The notes under the pieces were generated by a model. The model was given only the letters and a program-made list of their open reading frames with translations, did not search any database and was not told the DNA's origin. DNA of 64,000 nt from Calditrichota bacterium (lineage in GTDB: Bacteria; CLD3). The stretch is taken from the NCBI GenBank assembly GCA_008501735.1, contig QQUF01000045.1:5735-69734 (forward strand), given 5' to 3'. The position numbers were made by a program, and so were the translations under genes. Of this stretch, positions 26,695-36,500 are shown piece after piece (positions within the stretch are counted from its first letter, which is position 1; every line of letters starts with the position of its first letter).

Positions 26695-28944
26695 ATGAAA
26701 AATTTAGCTAAATCCATTTTAACCATAGTAATTAGCTTTAATTTCTTTTCGAATAGTTTCGCAGAGTATGAGAAAAAAATTGTTTCTAATGACTTGGTAG
26801 CAGATGATTTTTTAGGTCAAGATGTTGACATTAGTGGAGATTACGCAATTGTTGGAGCTCCAAATGATGACGATGGATTTCTAAGTTCGGGTTCAGCTTA
26901 CATTTTTAAAAGGTCTGGAACTGCTTGGGTCCAACAAGCAAAACTAACGGCAAGTGATGCTGCACAAGGTGTTAATTTCGGAAAGGCTGTTGCTATTAGT
27001 GGAGATTATGCCGTTGTTGGTTCTAATTCGTCTTTTATTGCAGGTTCTGCAAATGTTTTTGTCAGGACTGGAAATTCTTGGACTGAGCAAGCTAAGATTT
27101 CGGGCTTAGACCCAACGGCTAATAATGAATTTGGCTCATTTGTTGAAATTGATGGAGATTACATAATTGTTGGAGCTCCAAGAGCTGAACACGGTGGAAT
27201 TCAAAATACAGGTGCAGTTTACATATTTCATAGAAGTGGGACAAGTTGGAATCAGCAGAACAAACTTGTAGGCTCTGGTTCAGGTTCTAATGATGGTTTT
27301 GGGTATTCAGTTTCAATAAGTGGAGATAAAGCTATAGTTGGAGCAAACGGCACAAATAATGCTGGAATAGCTTACATTTTTGAAAGAAATGGTTCATCTT
27401 GGACTCAACAAACTGCATTAATTCCGAATGATACTCATTCAAATGCTTTCTTTGGACAAGGAGTTGGGATTTATGAAAATTATGCTGTAATTGGTGCTCC
27501 ATTTCATAATGGAACAGAATCAGCTTCAGGTTCCGCTTATGTATATAAATTTTCAGGTGGTTTTTGGACTCAAGAGGCTCAACTTTTTGCAAGTGATATT
27601 GGTGCAAATGAATTTTTTGGTTGGTCGGTAGATATAAACGGAACTGACTTGTTTATTAGTTGTTTAAATGAAAATGATGGAAGTTTTTCTCAAATTGGTT
27701 CTGCTTATCATTTCGCAGAAGAAGGAAACAACTGGGTCCAACAGGCAAAATTCAAAGCAGATGATGGAGCTTCAGGAGATAATTTTGGATTCCAAATCGC
27801 AGCCTCTTCAAGTTTTGCAATTGTTGGAGCTTATCAAAATGATGGAGTTGCAACTGATGGAGGAGCAGCATACATTTATTCAATAAACCCATTCGGGAAT
27901 GGTGATGTAACAAAAGCAATCTCTGGAGATGTTGATGTGAGTTTTGACGAAGGTTCTGGTGATAACACAACTCCAAATGAGGACACAGGAATAGACATTT
28001 CTTTTACTGGTGTCTCGAATTCTGCAAGTGTTCAATGTGAATCTTTTCCAGAAGCCCCAACAGGAACAAATGGAATTTCAGGAACGGTACAAGAAGTTCG
28101 TTGGGTAATTACAAATTCGGGATTGAATTTTGCAAATGCTGAAATTAAAATTGATATGACAACACTTCCTATTGAAATGAATAATCCTAATACAGCAATA
28201 ATTTATCATCGTTCAACTCCTGGAAGTGGAACCTTTTCAGCACTTGCAACAACCGTTGATGGAAATAATCTTGTCGCAAACACGCCAAGTTTTAGTGAAT
28301 TTGCAATTGGTGGCGGAGATTCTCCTCTTGCAGTGGAATTAAGTTCTTTTTCTGCTCGTCAAATTGGAAGTTCGATTCAACTTAATTGGTCAACAGCTTC
28401 TGAAACTGAAAACGAAGGTTTTAATGTTTATAGAAAATTAGGAAATGAGGATTTTGTAAAAATCGCTTCTCACAAATCTCACACTGAACTTAAAGGGCAA
28501 GGGAACACTTCTTTAGAAACTTTTTACACCTTTAATGACAACTCAAAATTACAAAATGGCGAATTTTACACTTACCTAATTTCAGACGTTGAAACAAATG
28601 GAATTGAAACTAAGCACGAAGAATCTGCTCAAAGTGTTCTTTTTGAAGTCCAATCACAGGAAGTCAGAAAATTCGAGTTAAAACAAAACTATCCTAATCC
28701 TTTTAATCCAAGTACAACAATTTCTTACAATCTTGCAAAAGATTCAAAAGTAAGTCTCAAGATTTACAATGAAATAGGTGAATTTGTAAAAGAACTCACA
28801 AATGGATTCCGTTACGAAGGTTCACACAATGTAATTTGGGACGGAACTAACAACAACGGAAAATCTGTTTCAAGTGGAATTTACTTCTACAAAATTTCAG
28901 CAGGAACTTTTACACAAACGAATAAAATGATTTTGCTGAAGTAG
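26695..28944 (+). CDS. FG-GAP repeat (integrin-alpha-like) beta-propeller protein with T9SS C-terminal sorting domain
   Basis: 749 aa; signal peptide; repeated FG...GAP units (FLGQDVDISGDYAIVGAPNDDDG...SGSAYIF, FGKAVAISGDYAVVGS, FGSFVEIDGDYIIVGAPRAEHGG, FGYSVSISGDKAIVGA); LAVELSSFSARQIGSSIQLNW module; T9SS tail; starts 81 nt after the preceding gene with no terminator between. Confidence 0.8.
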   Translation: MKNLAKSILTIVISFNFFSNSFAEYEKKIVSNDLVADDFLGQDVDISGDYAIVGAPNDDDGFLSSGSAYIFKRSGTAWVQQAKLTASDAAQGVNFGKAVAISGDYAVVGSNSSFIAGSANVFVRTGNSWTEQAKISGLDPTANNEFGSFVEIDGDYIIVGAPRAEHGGIQNTGAVYIFHRSGTSWNQQNKLVGSGSGSNDGFGYSVSISGDKAIVGANGTNNAGIAYIFERNGSSWTQQTALIPNDTHSNAFFGQGVGIYENYAVIGAPFHNGTESASGSAYVYKFSGGFWTQEAQLFASDIGANEFFGWSVDINGTDLFISCLNENDGSFSQIGSAYHFAEEGNNWVQQAKFKADDGASGDNFGFQIAASSSFAIVGAYQNDGVATDGGAAYIYSINPFGNGDVTKAISGDVDVSFDEGSGDNTTPNEDTGIDISFTGVSNSASVQCESFPEAPTGTNGISGTVQEVRWVITNSGLNFANAEIKIDMTTLPIEMNNPNTAIIYHRSTPGSGTFSALATTVDGNNLVANTPSFSEFAIGGGDSPLAVELSSFSARQIGSSIQLNWSTASETENEGFNVYRKLGNEDFVKIASHKSHTELKGQGNTSLETFYTFNDNSKLQNGEFYTYLISDVETNGIETKHEESAQSVLFEVQSQEVRKFELKQNYPNPFNPSTTISYNLAKDSKVSLKIYNEIGEFVKELTNGFRYEGSHNVIWDGTNNNGKSVSSGIYFYKISAGTFTQTNKMILLK
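28413..28787 (+). repeat. ~375-bp tract identical to 26083..26457 (copy B)
   Basis: See copy A; identity ends abruptly on both sides. Confidence 0.8.
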
Positions 28945-28970
28945 CTAAACTCTCTCTTACAAACATAAGA

Positions 28971-29003
28971 AGCCTGACAATTAAATTTGTTAGGCTTTTT
29001 TTA
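28971..29003. terminator. bidirectional intrinsic terminator between convergent genes
   Basis: agcctgacaa-ttaaat-ttgttaggct hairpin followed by ttttttt; homologous to the terminator at 19686-19720; overlaps the 3' end of the minus-strand DinB-like gene. Confidence 0.55.
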
Positions 29004-29493
29004 TTGCAGTAATCTTCGCGAGATGATGGTCATCGTGTTCAGCAATGAAGAAACACAAATCAACAACTGTCATCAACTTTTTTAGTCTTGGGTGAAATAC
29101 GGAAGTAAAAACTTTTTCTGTTGACAAATTTTCAAGTCTCATTACTAATTCACCCCTTTCTTTTCTAAAATCAACCAAAATTTCTTTTAAGTCTTTTCCG
29201 TTGTGATTAGAATTTTCGGTTTTTAGATTTTGTAAATCCGCAGCTCGTAAAGTTTCTATTTTGTTTTCGAAATCATCTAATCTTCCAAGCCAAAGTTCTT
29301 CCAAATCTAATAAGTGTCCAACATTTTCTTGAATTGACCAAGAGGCTTCATCAATTTTAGTGGTACAAATACTTGGAGAAAGGTTTCTAGTTCTTTCTTC
29401 TAATCTTAAAGGAGTTCCTCTCAGCCTTTCGAGTAGATTTGGGAAAAGCCAAATTGGAGTTTCCAAAGCAAATTTTCTATCAAACCACTTCAT
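28990..29493 (-). CDS. DinB/YfiT-like (DinB_2) family metal-dependent protein
   Basis: 167 aa; four-helix-bundle-like sequence with histidine-rich C-terminal motif (FFIAEHDDHHLAKI) typical of the DinB_2 superfamily. Confidence 0.6.
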   Translation of the reverse strand: MKWFDRKFALETPIWLFPNLLERLRGTPLRLEERTRNLSPSICTTKIDEASWSIQENVGHLLDLEELWLGRLDDFENKIETLRAADLQNLKTENSNHNGKDLKEILVDFRKERGELVMRLENLSTEKVFTSVFHPRLKKLMTVVDLCFFIAEHDDHHLAKITAIKKA

Positions 29494-29588
29494 TTAAATT
29501 CTTCATATTATTTAAAATTTGAAATGAGTTCAGCCTTTAGGTTGTTTTTTACACAATCAGCCTAAGAACTTACCATTAATTTCTTATT

Positions 29589-32500
29589 CTATTTTTCTAA
29601 CTCAATTTCTTTTATTAAACTTGGTGCAGTCAGTGAATCAGTGTTTGCAGTAACTACGTAAAAGACTTTATTTCCAAGGTTAAAAGCGTTTTGATCTGAG
29701 AAATTCAAATTTTGAGTTGTTCCAATTTGAGAAGAAGTTCCAATACTAAATTTTGGATTTCCTGCATTTTTATAAATTTTGTAAAAATTAGCACCAACAA
29801 TTGAATTCCAACTTAACTGAACATTGTTTCCAACCAAGTTTAAAGAAACTTGAGGAGGTATCAACTCACTACTTGTAATTGAAATGTCATCAAAAGCAAA
29901 ACCGTCTGTTGCAATTGTATGATTGTCTCTGTGTTGAAATCTAACATAAAATGGATGTGAAATTGTCATTCCGTTTGAATTTGCAACTTGACTTAAATTC
30001 ACTGCAAATTGATTCCAACCGCTAAAACTTTGAGGTAGAAGTTGAAAAGCTAATACATAATTTTCACCGTCATCACTTATAAAAATTCCATCTTCTGAAT
30101 TGTCTTCATCGGCAAAATCTTTCCACCAAAATGAAAGCATCAAATTTGAATTATTTTCAGGGTTTATTTCAATTGTTGCAGAGTTTGTACTTGTATTTTG
30201 ATCAACACTTGAATCCATAGTTAAATGGTAATTTCCACTATGAGTTGGCAGCCCTAATGAATTTGTAACTTGAACTTGACCGAAGGAACTACTTGATTCA
30301 AATTTCCACCATTCTCCGAGAGGCTGATTTTCAAATCCTTCCGAAAAAGGTAAAGTTGTGGAATAGTCAACTGGTACCACTAAAATTTGATTTGAATAAC
30401 TCGAACTTCCAATAGAATTTACAGCTTTCACTCTGTAAATATAACTAACACCTTCAACCAAATTGAAATCTGTAAAACTCCACTCATTTTCATTTGTTGT
30501 TCCAACTTCTGTAAAAGTTGACCAAATATTATCAATTTTTCTTTCAATAATAAAATGAGTTTCATTATAAGAATTTTCTGTCCAATTTAGCTTGACTTTC
30601 AAGGACTTTGAATTATCTGATATTAAATTTGTCGGAGCTTGAGGAACGCCTTCCAAAGTTGTTGCACTCAAAGTATTTGTGTAATGAGAATTACCTATAG
30701 AATTATAAGCTGTAACTCTGTAAAAGTATTCTGTTTTTTCTTCCAAATTTGTGTCAATGAAAGTCTCAATGTTTGCATCAACTGTGTCAACGACAGAAAA
30801 ACCCGAATTTTGATTATTTGACCTTTCAATGATAAATCCTAATTCATCATTTGACTGGTCAATCCAAAAATTGTAAATCTCACTTGTAGAGGTCGCTAAT
30901 AAAAATAAATTTGTCGGAGCTTGAGAAGAAGTTCCTGCATTTGAGTCAACAACCAAATTTACAGGAATATTAATAATTGGGTCTACAGGGTCATTTGAGG
31001 CAAATTCTAAAGTAGTGTTGTAAATTCCATTTGTTAAATTTGTTGCGTCTAAACTCAAAGTCAAAAGTTCCTGACTAATTCCTGTAACTAACCCATTTTG
31101 TGGAGAAATACTTGCCCAAGTTGGTGAATTTGTAAATGTTGTATTATAAGAAAGAATCGAACCCAAAATTCCACTAACAACATTTATACTTTTATTTACA
31201 AAGCCATTTGGAGCTAAAGAAAGCGTAACATTATTTGTCAAAATAATACCTGAAGGATTTGAGAAACTCTCCAAATTCGATTCCCAAAGCCCTCTACCAA
31301 AAGTCGCTGCTCTGATTTTCCCTGAAGGATAATGAAGTTCGATTTCTTCAACTACAACATTTGGTAAACCATTACTAAAGTCCTGCCAATTTCCTCCACC
31401 TGTTGTTGAAAAGAAAATTCCTAAATCAGTGCCAATATAAACTTGATTTGGAAAAAGTGGGTCAATTGCAATACAATTTACAGGCATATCGGGAAGATTC
31501 CCTGAAACATTTGTCCAGTTCAAACCGCCGTCAGTTGATTTAAATACTTTCTCGCCACTCGAACTCGTGAAACCCGAATGAGTTACCCAAACTGTGTGTT
31601 CGTCATTTGGGTGAACTGCGATGTAAGTGATTGAATTACTTGGCAAATTCCCACCAATGTCAATCCAAGAATTTCCACCGTTTGTAGTTTTAAAAATATT
31701 ACTTCCGTTTGCAGTATAAATCACATTTTGGTTTGAGTTTGCAAGCACAAGTGAAGTCAAATTTCCTGCTCCCAAATCATCACTTATCGGGAACCAATTT
31801 GCACCTTGGTCAGTACTTTTGTAAACTTTAATTGTGGTTCTGTAAAGTTCATTAGTGTTGTAAGGATTTATCACGAAAGGAGTTACCCAAGCACCATTTT
31901 CATTTACTCCATTGTTAATTCCAGAATTATTTACTCCAGCATTTGTTGATTTTAAAAATGAACCGTTTTGGTAACTTGTGTAAATGATATTCGGGTTTGT
32001 TGGGTCAACAGCACATTCCATTCCATCACCACCAGAGACTTTTGTCCAAACTCCATTGTCTATTTTTGAAGTTCCATTGTCTTGAGCTCCTGTGAGGACA
32101 AACTCTGGGGTCATTTGTGAAACTCCAAGTGTGTAAAATTGTCTAATTCCCAAATTCCCACTAATATTTTCGTAAGAAGCTCCACTGTTTGTTGACTTGT
32201 AAATTCCACCATCATTTCCGATTAAAACTGTGTTTCCGTCATAAAAAACAACCGTGTGATTGTCAACGTGCATCGAACTTGAAAGATTTGTTACTTGATT
32301 GTTGATTGACCAAGTTGAACCACCATTAACAGAACGATAATTCCCGACTACTCCAACAATTACGTTGTTTTCATCAGTTGGCGAAACTCCGAGATGTAAA
32401 TCATACCAAGCCTGATTTCCGCTTGTTACTGAAGAATCAGCCAAAGTCCAAGTCGCTCCATTAGTTACACTTTTAAAAAGCGTTGCATCATCTGAATTTG

Positions 32501-33488
32501 TAAACAATGAAAAAACTGTTGAAGGGTTTGTAGCTCCTGTTACGTCAACTGCAATTCTATCGTAATCAATGTTATTGAATCCACTAAAAGTTGAATTCCA
32601 AGTTTCACCGTTGTCAGTAGATTTATAAATTCCATTGCTTTGTCTTGCTGCATACCAAGTTGTAGTATTGTTTGGGTCAAATTCAATGTCTTTGAAAGTT
32701 CCTGATTCTTTGGTTATCCAAGTTGCCGCAGCATCAGTTGATTTTAGAATTCCTTCTCCTGTAACAGCAAAAATTGTATTAGAATTCGTTGGGTCAAAAA
32801 TCAATTCATAAATTTTTGCATAATTCTGGATATTGTAACTTAAACCAGTTGTGTTCCAAGTTTGTCCGCCGTCAATTGATTTTAAAACTCCAATACTAAT
32901 TGTAGCTCCGTGGTCTCTGTCTCCTGTTGCGATGTACATAATATTTGTATCATTCGGGTCAATCAAAATCCAAGAAATTCCAAGTGTTGGCAACTCATCA
33001 GTCATTGGTTCCCAATTTTGTCCGTTATCAACTGTCTTCCAAAGTCCGCCTGCAGGAGTTCCAGCCCAAATAATGTTTGAATTGTTTGGGTCAACAGCAA
33101 TGCAATCAACTCTTCCGCTTCCCTGACCGCTTCCACTTGGATAAAGAACAATTTGCTCTGGTCCCATTTCTGTCCAATTTGCAGTATTGATTTGATTTGT
33201 TCCTTTTCCATTTCCAAAATTTAATTTCTTTTGTTGCCAAGCATTCCACAAAGCAGTTGGATTTGGGAAATCTCCATTCGGTTCTATTCTGTCTTGCCAA
33301 AAATGTTCCCAACGTTTGAAAGGCTTCCAACCTTCTCCTTTTCCGGGAATTTTTCCTTCCCAATGTTGGGTAAAGGCTTCTTGAATTTCGTAAAAATTGG
33401 CGTTTCTATCCAAATCTTTCATCCAAGGTTGTGCAAATAATTGAGTAATAAAAATTAGACTTAAGGAAATTGTTAAAAGAAATTGCAT
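29589..33488 (-). CDS. secreted BNR/Asp-box repeat beta-propeller protein with FN3 domains (tandem paralog 1 of 3)
   Basis: 1299 aa; signal peptide MQFLLTISLSLIFITQLFAQ; many Asp-box repeats (SIDGGQTWN, STDNGETWN, SVNGGSTW, STDQGANW, TTNGGNSW, STDGGLNW); FN3-like segments (e.g. EYFYRVTAYNSIGNS, SYIYRVKAVNSIGSS); no T9SS tail recognisable. Confidence 0.8.
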   Translation of the reverse strand: MQFLLTISLSLIFITQLFAQPWMKDLDRNANFYEIQEAFTQHWEGKIPGKGEGWKPFKRWEHFWQDRIEPNGDFPNPTALWNAWQQKKLNFGNGKGTNQINTANWTEMGPEQIVLYPSGSGQGSGRVDCIAVDPNNSNIIWAGTPAGGLWKTVDNGQNWEPMTDELPTLGISWILIDPNDTNIMYIATGDRDHGATISIGVLKSIDGGQTWNTTGLSYNIQNYAKIYELIFDPTNSNTIFAVTGEGILKSTDAAATWITKESGTFKDIEFDPNNTTTWYAARQSNGIYKSTDNGETWNSTFSGFNNIDYDRIAVDVTGATNPSTVFSLFTNSDDATLFKSVTNGATWTLADSSVTSGNQAWYDLHLGVSPTDENNVIVGVVGNYRSVNGGSTWSINNQVTNLSSSMHVDNHTVVFYDGNTVLIGNDGGIYKSTNSGASYENISGNLGIRQFYTLGVSQMTPEFVLTGAQDNGTSKIDNGVWTKVSGGDGMECAVDPTNPNIIYTSYQNGSFLKSTNAGVNNSGINNGVNENGAWVTPFVINPYNTNELYRTTIKVYKSTDQGANWFPISDDLGAGNLTSLVLANSNQNVIYTANGSNIFKTTNGGNSWIDIGGNLPSNSITYIAVHPNDEHTVWVTHSGFTSSSGEKVFKSTDGGLNWTNVSGNLPDMPVNCIAIDPLFPNQVYIGTDLGIFFSTTGGGNWQDFSNGLPNVVVEEIELHYPSGKIRAATFGRGLWESNLESFSNPSGIILTNNVTLSLAPNGFVNKSINVVSGILGSILSYNTTFTNSPTWASISPQNGLVTGISQELLTLSLDATNLTNGIYNTTLEFASNDPVDPIINIPVNLVVDSNAGTSSQAPTNLFLLATSTSEIYNFWIDQSNDELGFIIERSNNQNSGFSVVDTVDANIETFIDTNLEEKTEYFYRVTAYNSIGNSHYTNTLSATTLEGVPQAPTNLISDNSKSLKVKLNWTENSYNETHFIIERKIDNIWSTFTEVGTTNENEWSFTDFNLVEGVSYIYRVKAVNSIGSSSYSNQILVVPVDYSTTLPFSEGFENQPLGEWWKFESSSSFGQVQVTNSLGLPTHSGNYHLTMDSSVDQNTSTNSATIEINPENNSNLMLSFWWKDFADEDNSEDGIFISDDGENYVLAFQLLPQSFSGWNQFAVNLSQVANSNGMTISHPFYVRFQHRDNHTIATDGFAFDDISITSSELIPPQVSLNLVGNNVQLSWNSIVGANFYKIYKNAGNPKFSIGTSSQIGTTQNLNFSDQNAFNLGNKVFYVVTANTDSLTAPSLIKEIELEK

Positions 33489-33518
33489 TTTGAATTCTTT
33501 TTAAGTTTAGAGTGAATT

Positions 33519-36500
33519 TTACTTCTGAATTTCTAATTTCTCAGAAGTACTAATTGGTACAGAAGTTGAATCTGTGTTAGCAGTAACAATGTAAAATATT
33601 TTGTTTTCAGAACTAAAAGCATTTTGGTCTGTAAAATTCAAAGTTGATGTAATTCCCAAGAGATTTGAATTGTTCACGCTAAAGTTTGGGTTTCCGATAC
33701 TCTTGTAGATTTTATAAAAATTTGCACCAAGAACGGAATTCCAATTTAATTGAATGTCATTTCCAACCAAGTTTAAAGTTACTTGTGGAGACAACAATTC
33801 ACTACTTGTAATCGAAATGTCATCAAATGCAATTCCATCTCCATCAGAAATTGGAAAGTTGTCTCTTTGCTGAAATCTAACAAAAAATGGATGCGAAATA
33901 GTCATTCCAACAGAATTAGCAACTTGGCTCAAATCTACTGTAAACTCTGTCCAACCAGAGTAACTTTCCGGAAGCAATTGCAAAGCTAAAACATAATTTT
34001 CACCGTCATTACTAATAAAAATTCCATCTTCTATGTTATTCTCATCACCAAAATCTTTCCACCAAAACGAAAGAATTAAATTAGAATTATTTTCAGGATT
34101 AATCTCAACTGTTGCAGAATTAGTACTAACTTTTAAATTTTCACTTATATCCATTGTCAAATGATAATTTCCACTGTGAGTCGGTAAACCTAAGGTATTT
34201 GTTACTTGAATTTGCCCGAAAGTACTGCTTGTTTCAAATTTCCACCATTCACCCAAAGGAGAATTTTCAAATCCTTCATTAATCGGTAATGTAGTTGTGT
34301 TATCAATTGGAACAACCGTAATTTGATTTGAATAAACTGAACTACCAATGGAATTTATAGCCTTGACACGATAAATGTAAGAAACTCCCTCAACCAAATT
34401 ATTATCTGAAAATGTCAATTTATTTGCCTCAACACTTCCAATTTCCGTAAAACTTGACCAAATATTATCAACTTTCCTCTCAATCACAAAATTGGTTTCA
34501 TTATCCGAATTATCTGTCCAACTTAACTTTACTTGCAAAGAGTTAGGAGTATCACCAATCAAATTAGTTGGAGCTTGCGGAACGTCGTCCAAAGTAGTTG
34601 CCGAAAGAGTATTTGTGTAATGCGAGTTTCCTGTTGCATTGTAAGCCGTAACTCTATAAAAATATTTCGTAGCTACTTCTAAATTAGTATCTACAAAAGT
34701 TGTAATATTTGCATCAACAGAATCTACAACTGTAAAGCCTGAGTTTTCATTTTTAGAACGCTCAATAATAAAACCTAATTCGTCATTCGATTGGTCAGCC
34801 CAAAAAGTATAAATATCACTTGTAGATGTTGCCAATAGGAATAAATTTGTTGGAGGATTTGGAGAATTTCCAGCATTTGGGTCAACAGTTAAATTTACAG
34901 GAATATTGATAACAGGATTTGTTTGGTCACTTGTTGTAAGTTCAAGAGTCGTGTTATAATTTCCATTTGTTAAATTCGTTGCATCTAAACTCAATGTTAG
35001 AATTTCATTCGTTATCCCGACCAATAAACCGTTTTGTGGAGAAATTGATGCCCAAGTAGGTGAATTAATTAAAGTTGAATTATAAGAAAGAGCCGCTCCT
35101 AAAGTCCCATTAATTAGACTTATATTTTTGTTCGCAAAACCATTTGGTTGCAAAGAAAGTGTAACATCATTTGTCAAAATTATTCCTGCTGAATTTGAGA
35201 AACTCTCCAAATTTGATTCCCAAAGTCCTCTTCCATAAGTTGCAGCTCTAATTTTTCCTGAAGGATAATGAATTTCAATTTCGTTGACTACAACATTTGG
35301 CAAACCGTTACTAAAATCCTGCCAATTTCCTCCGCCTGTTGTTGAAAGAAAAATTCCTAAGTCTGTTCCGATATAAACTTGGTTTGGGAAAACTGGGTCA
35401 ACAGCAATACAATTTACAGGCATATCAGGAAGATTCCCAGATATATTTGTCCAACTTAAACCTCCGTTAGTAGTTTTAAAAACTTTTTCTCCACTTGAAC
35501 TTGTAAAGCCAGACATCGTTACCCAAACTATATTTTCGTCAGTTGGGTGAACTGCGATATAAGTAATTGAATGAAGTGGTAAATTAGAACTTATATCAGT
35601 CCAAGAATTTCCACCATCTAAAGTTTTTAAAATAGTATGAAAATTCGCTGTATAAATTACATCTTGATTTGAGTTTGCAAGTGCAAGTGAAGTCAATCTT
35701 CCTATCCCAAAATTATCACTAATCGGAAACCAATTTGCTCCTTGGTCAGTACTTTTATAAACTCTATTTGTAGTCCTAAAAAGTTCGTTAGTGTTATAAG
35801 GATTAATTATAAATGGAGTTACCCAAGGACTATCTTCATTGATTCCATTATTAATAGCAACGTGAGTAGTACCTGCATCTGTAGATTTTTTAAAATATCC
35901 AAGTTGGAAGCTAAAATAAATTATGTTTGGGTCAGTTGGGTCAACAGCACATTCCATTCCGTCAGCACCAGAAATATTTGTCCAAACTCCATTTTCCACT
36001 TTTGCATTTCCATTGTCTTGAGCTCCTGCAAGAACCATTTCGGGTGTCATTTTTGAAACACCAATTCTATAAAGTTGCCTAATTGCAATATCTCCATTAA
36101 TGTTCTCATAAGAGACTCCAGCATTTACTGATTTGTAAACTCCTCCATCACTTCCAATCAGAACCGTAGAACTATCAACCCAAACAACTGTGTGATTGTC
36201 AACGTGAACATTACTTTGGAAATTATTTATTAGCTGATTGTTTAAAGTCCAGGTCGAACCACCGTCAACAGAACGAAAATTTTCTATTACACCAACTAAT
36301 ACAATGTTTTCATCAGTCGGAGAAACTCCAAGATGCAAATCGTACCAAGCTTGAGAACTACTTGTTACAGCAGAATCTACAAGAGTCCAAGTTGTTCCGT
36401 TAGAAACACTTTTGAACAAAGTCATATCATCTGGGTTTGCGAACAAAGAATAAACTATAGAAGGGTTTGTAGCTCCTGTTACGTCAACTGCAATTCTACC

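Noticed and set aside
26083-28787. Diversity-generating retroelement (template/variable repeat pair) as explanation for the identical tract
   Set aside because: No reverse transcriptase gene in the window; the tract is fully identical rather than adenine-specifically mutated; the target is not a C-type-lectin or typical variable region.
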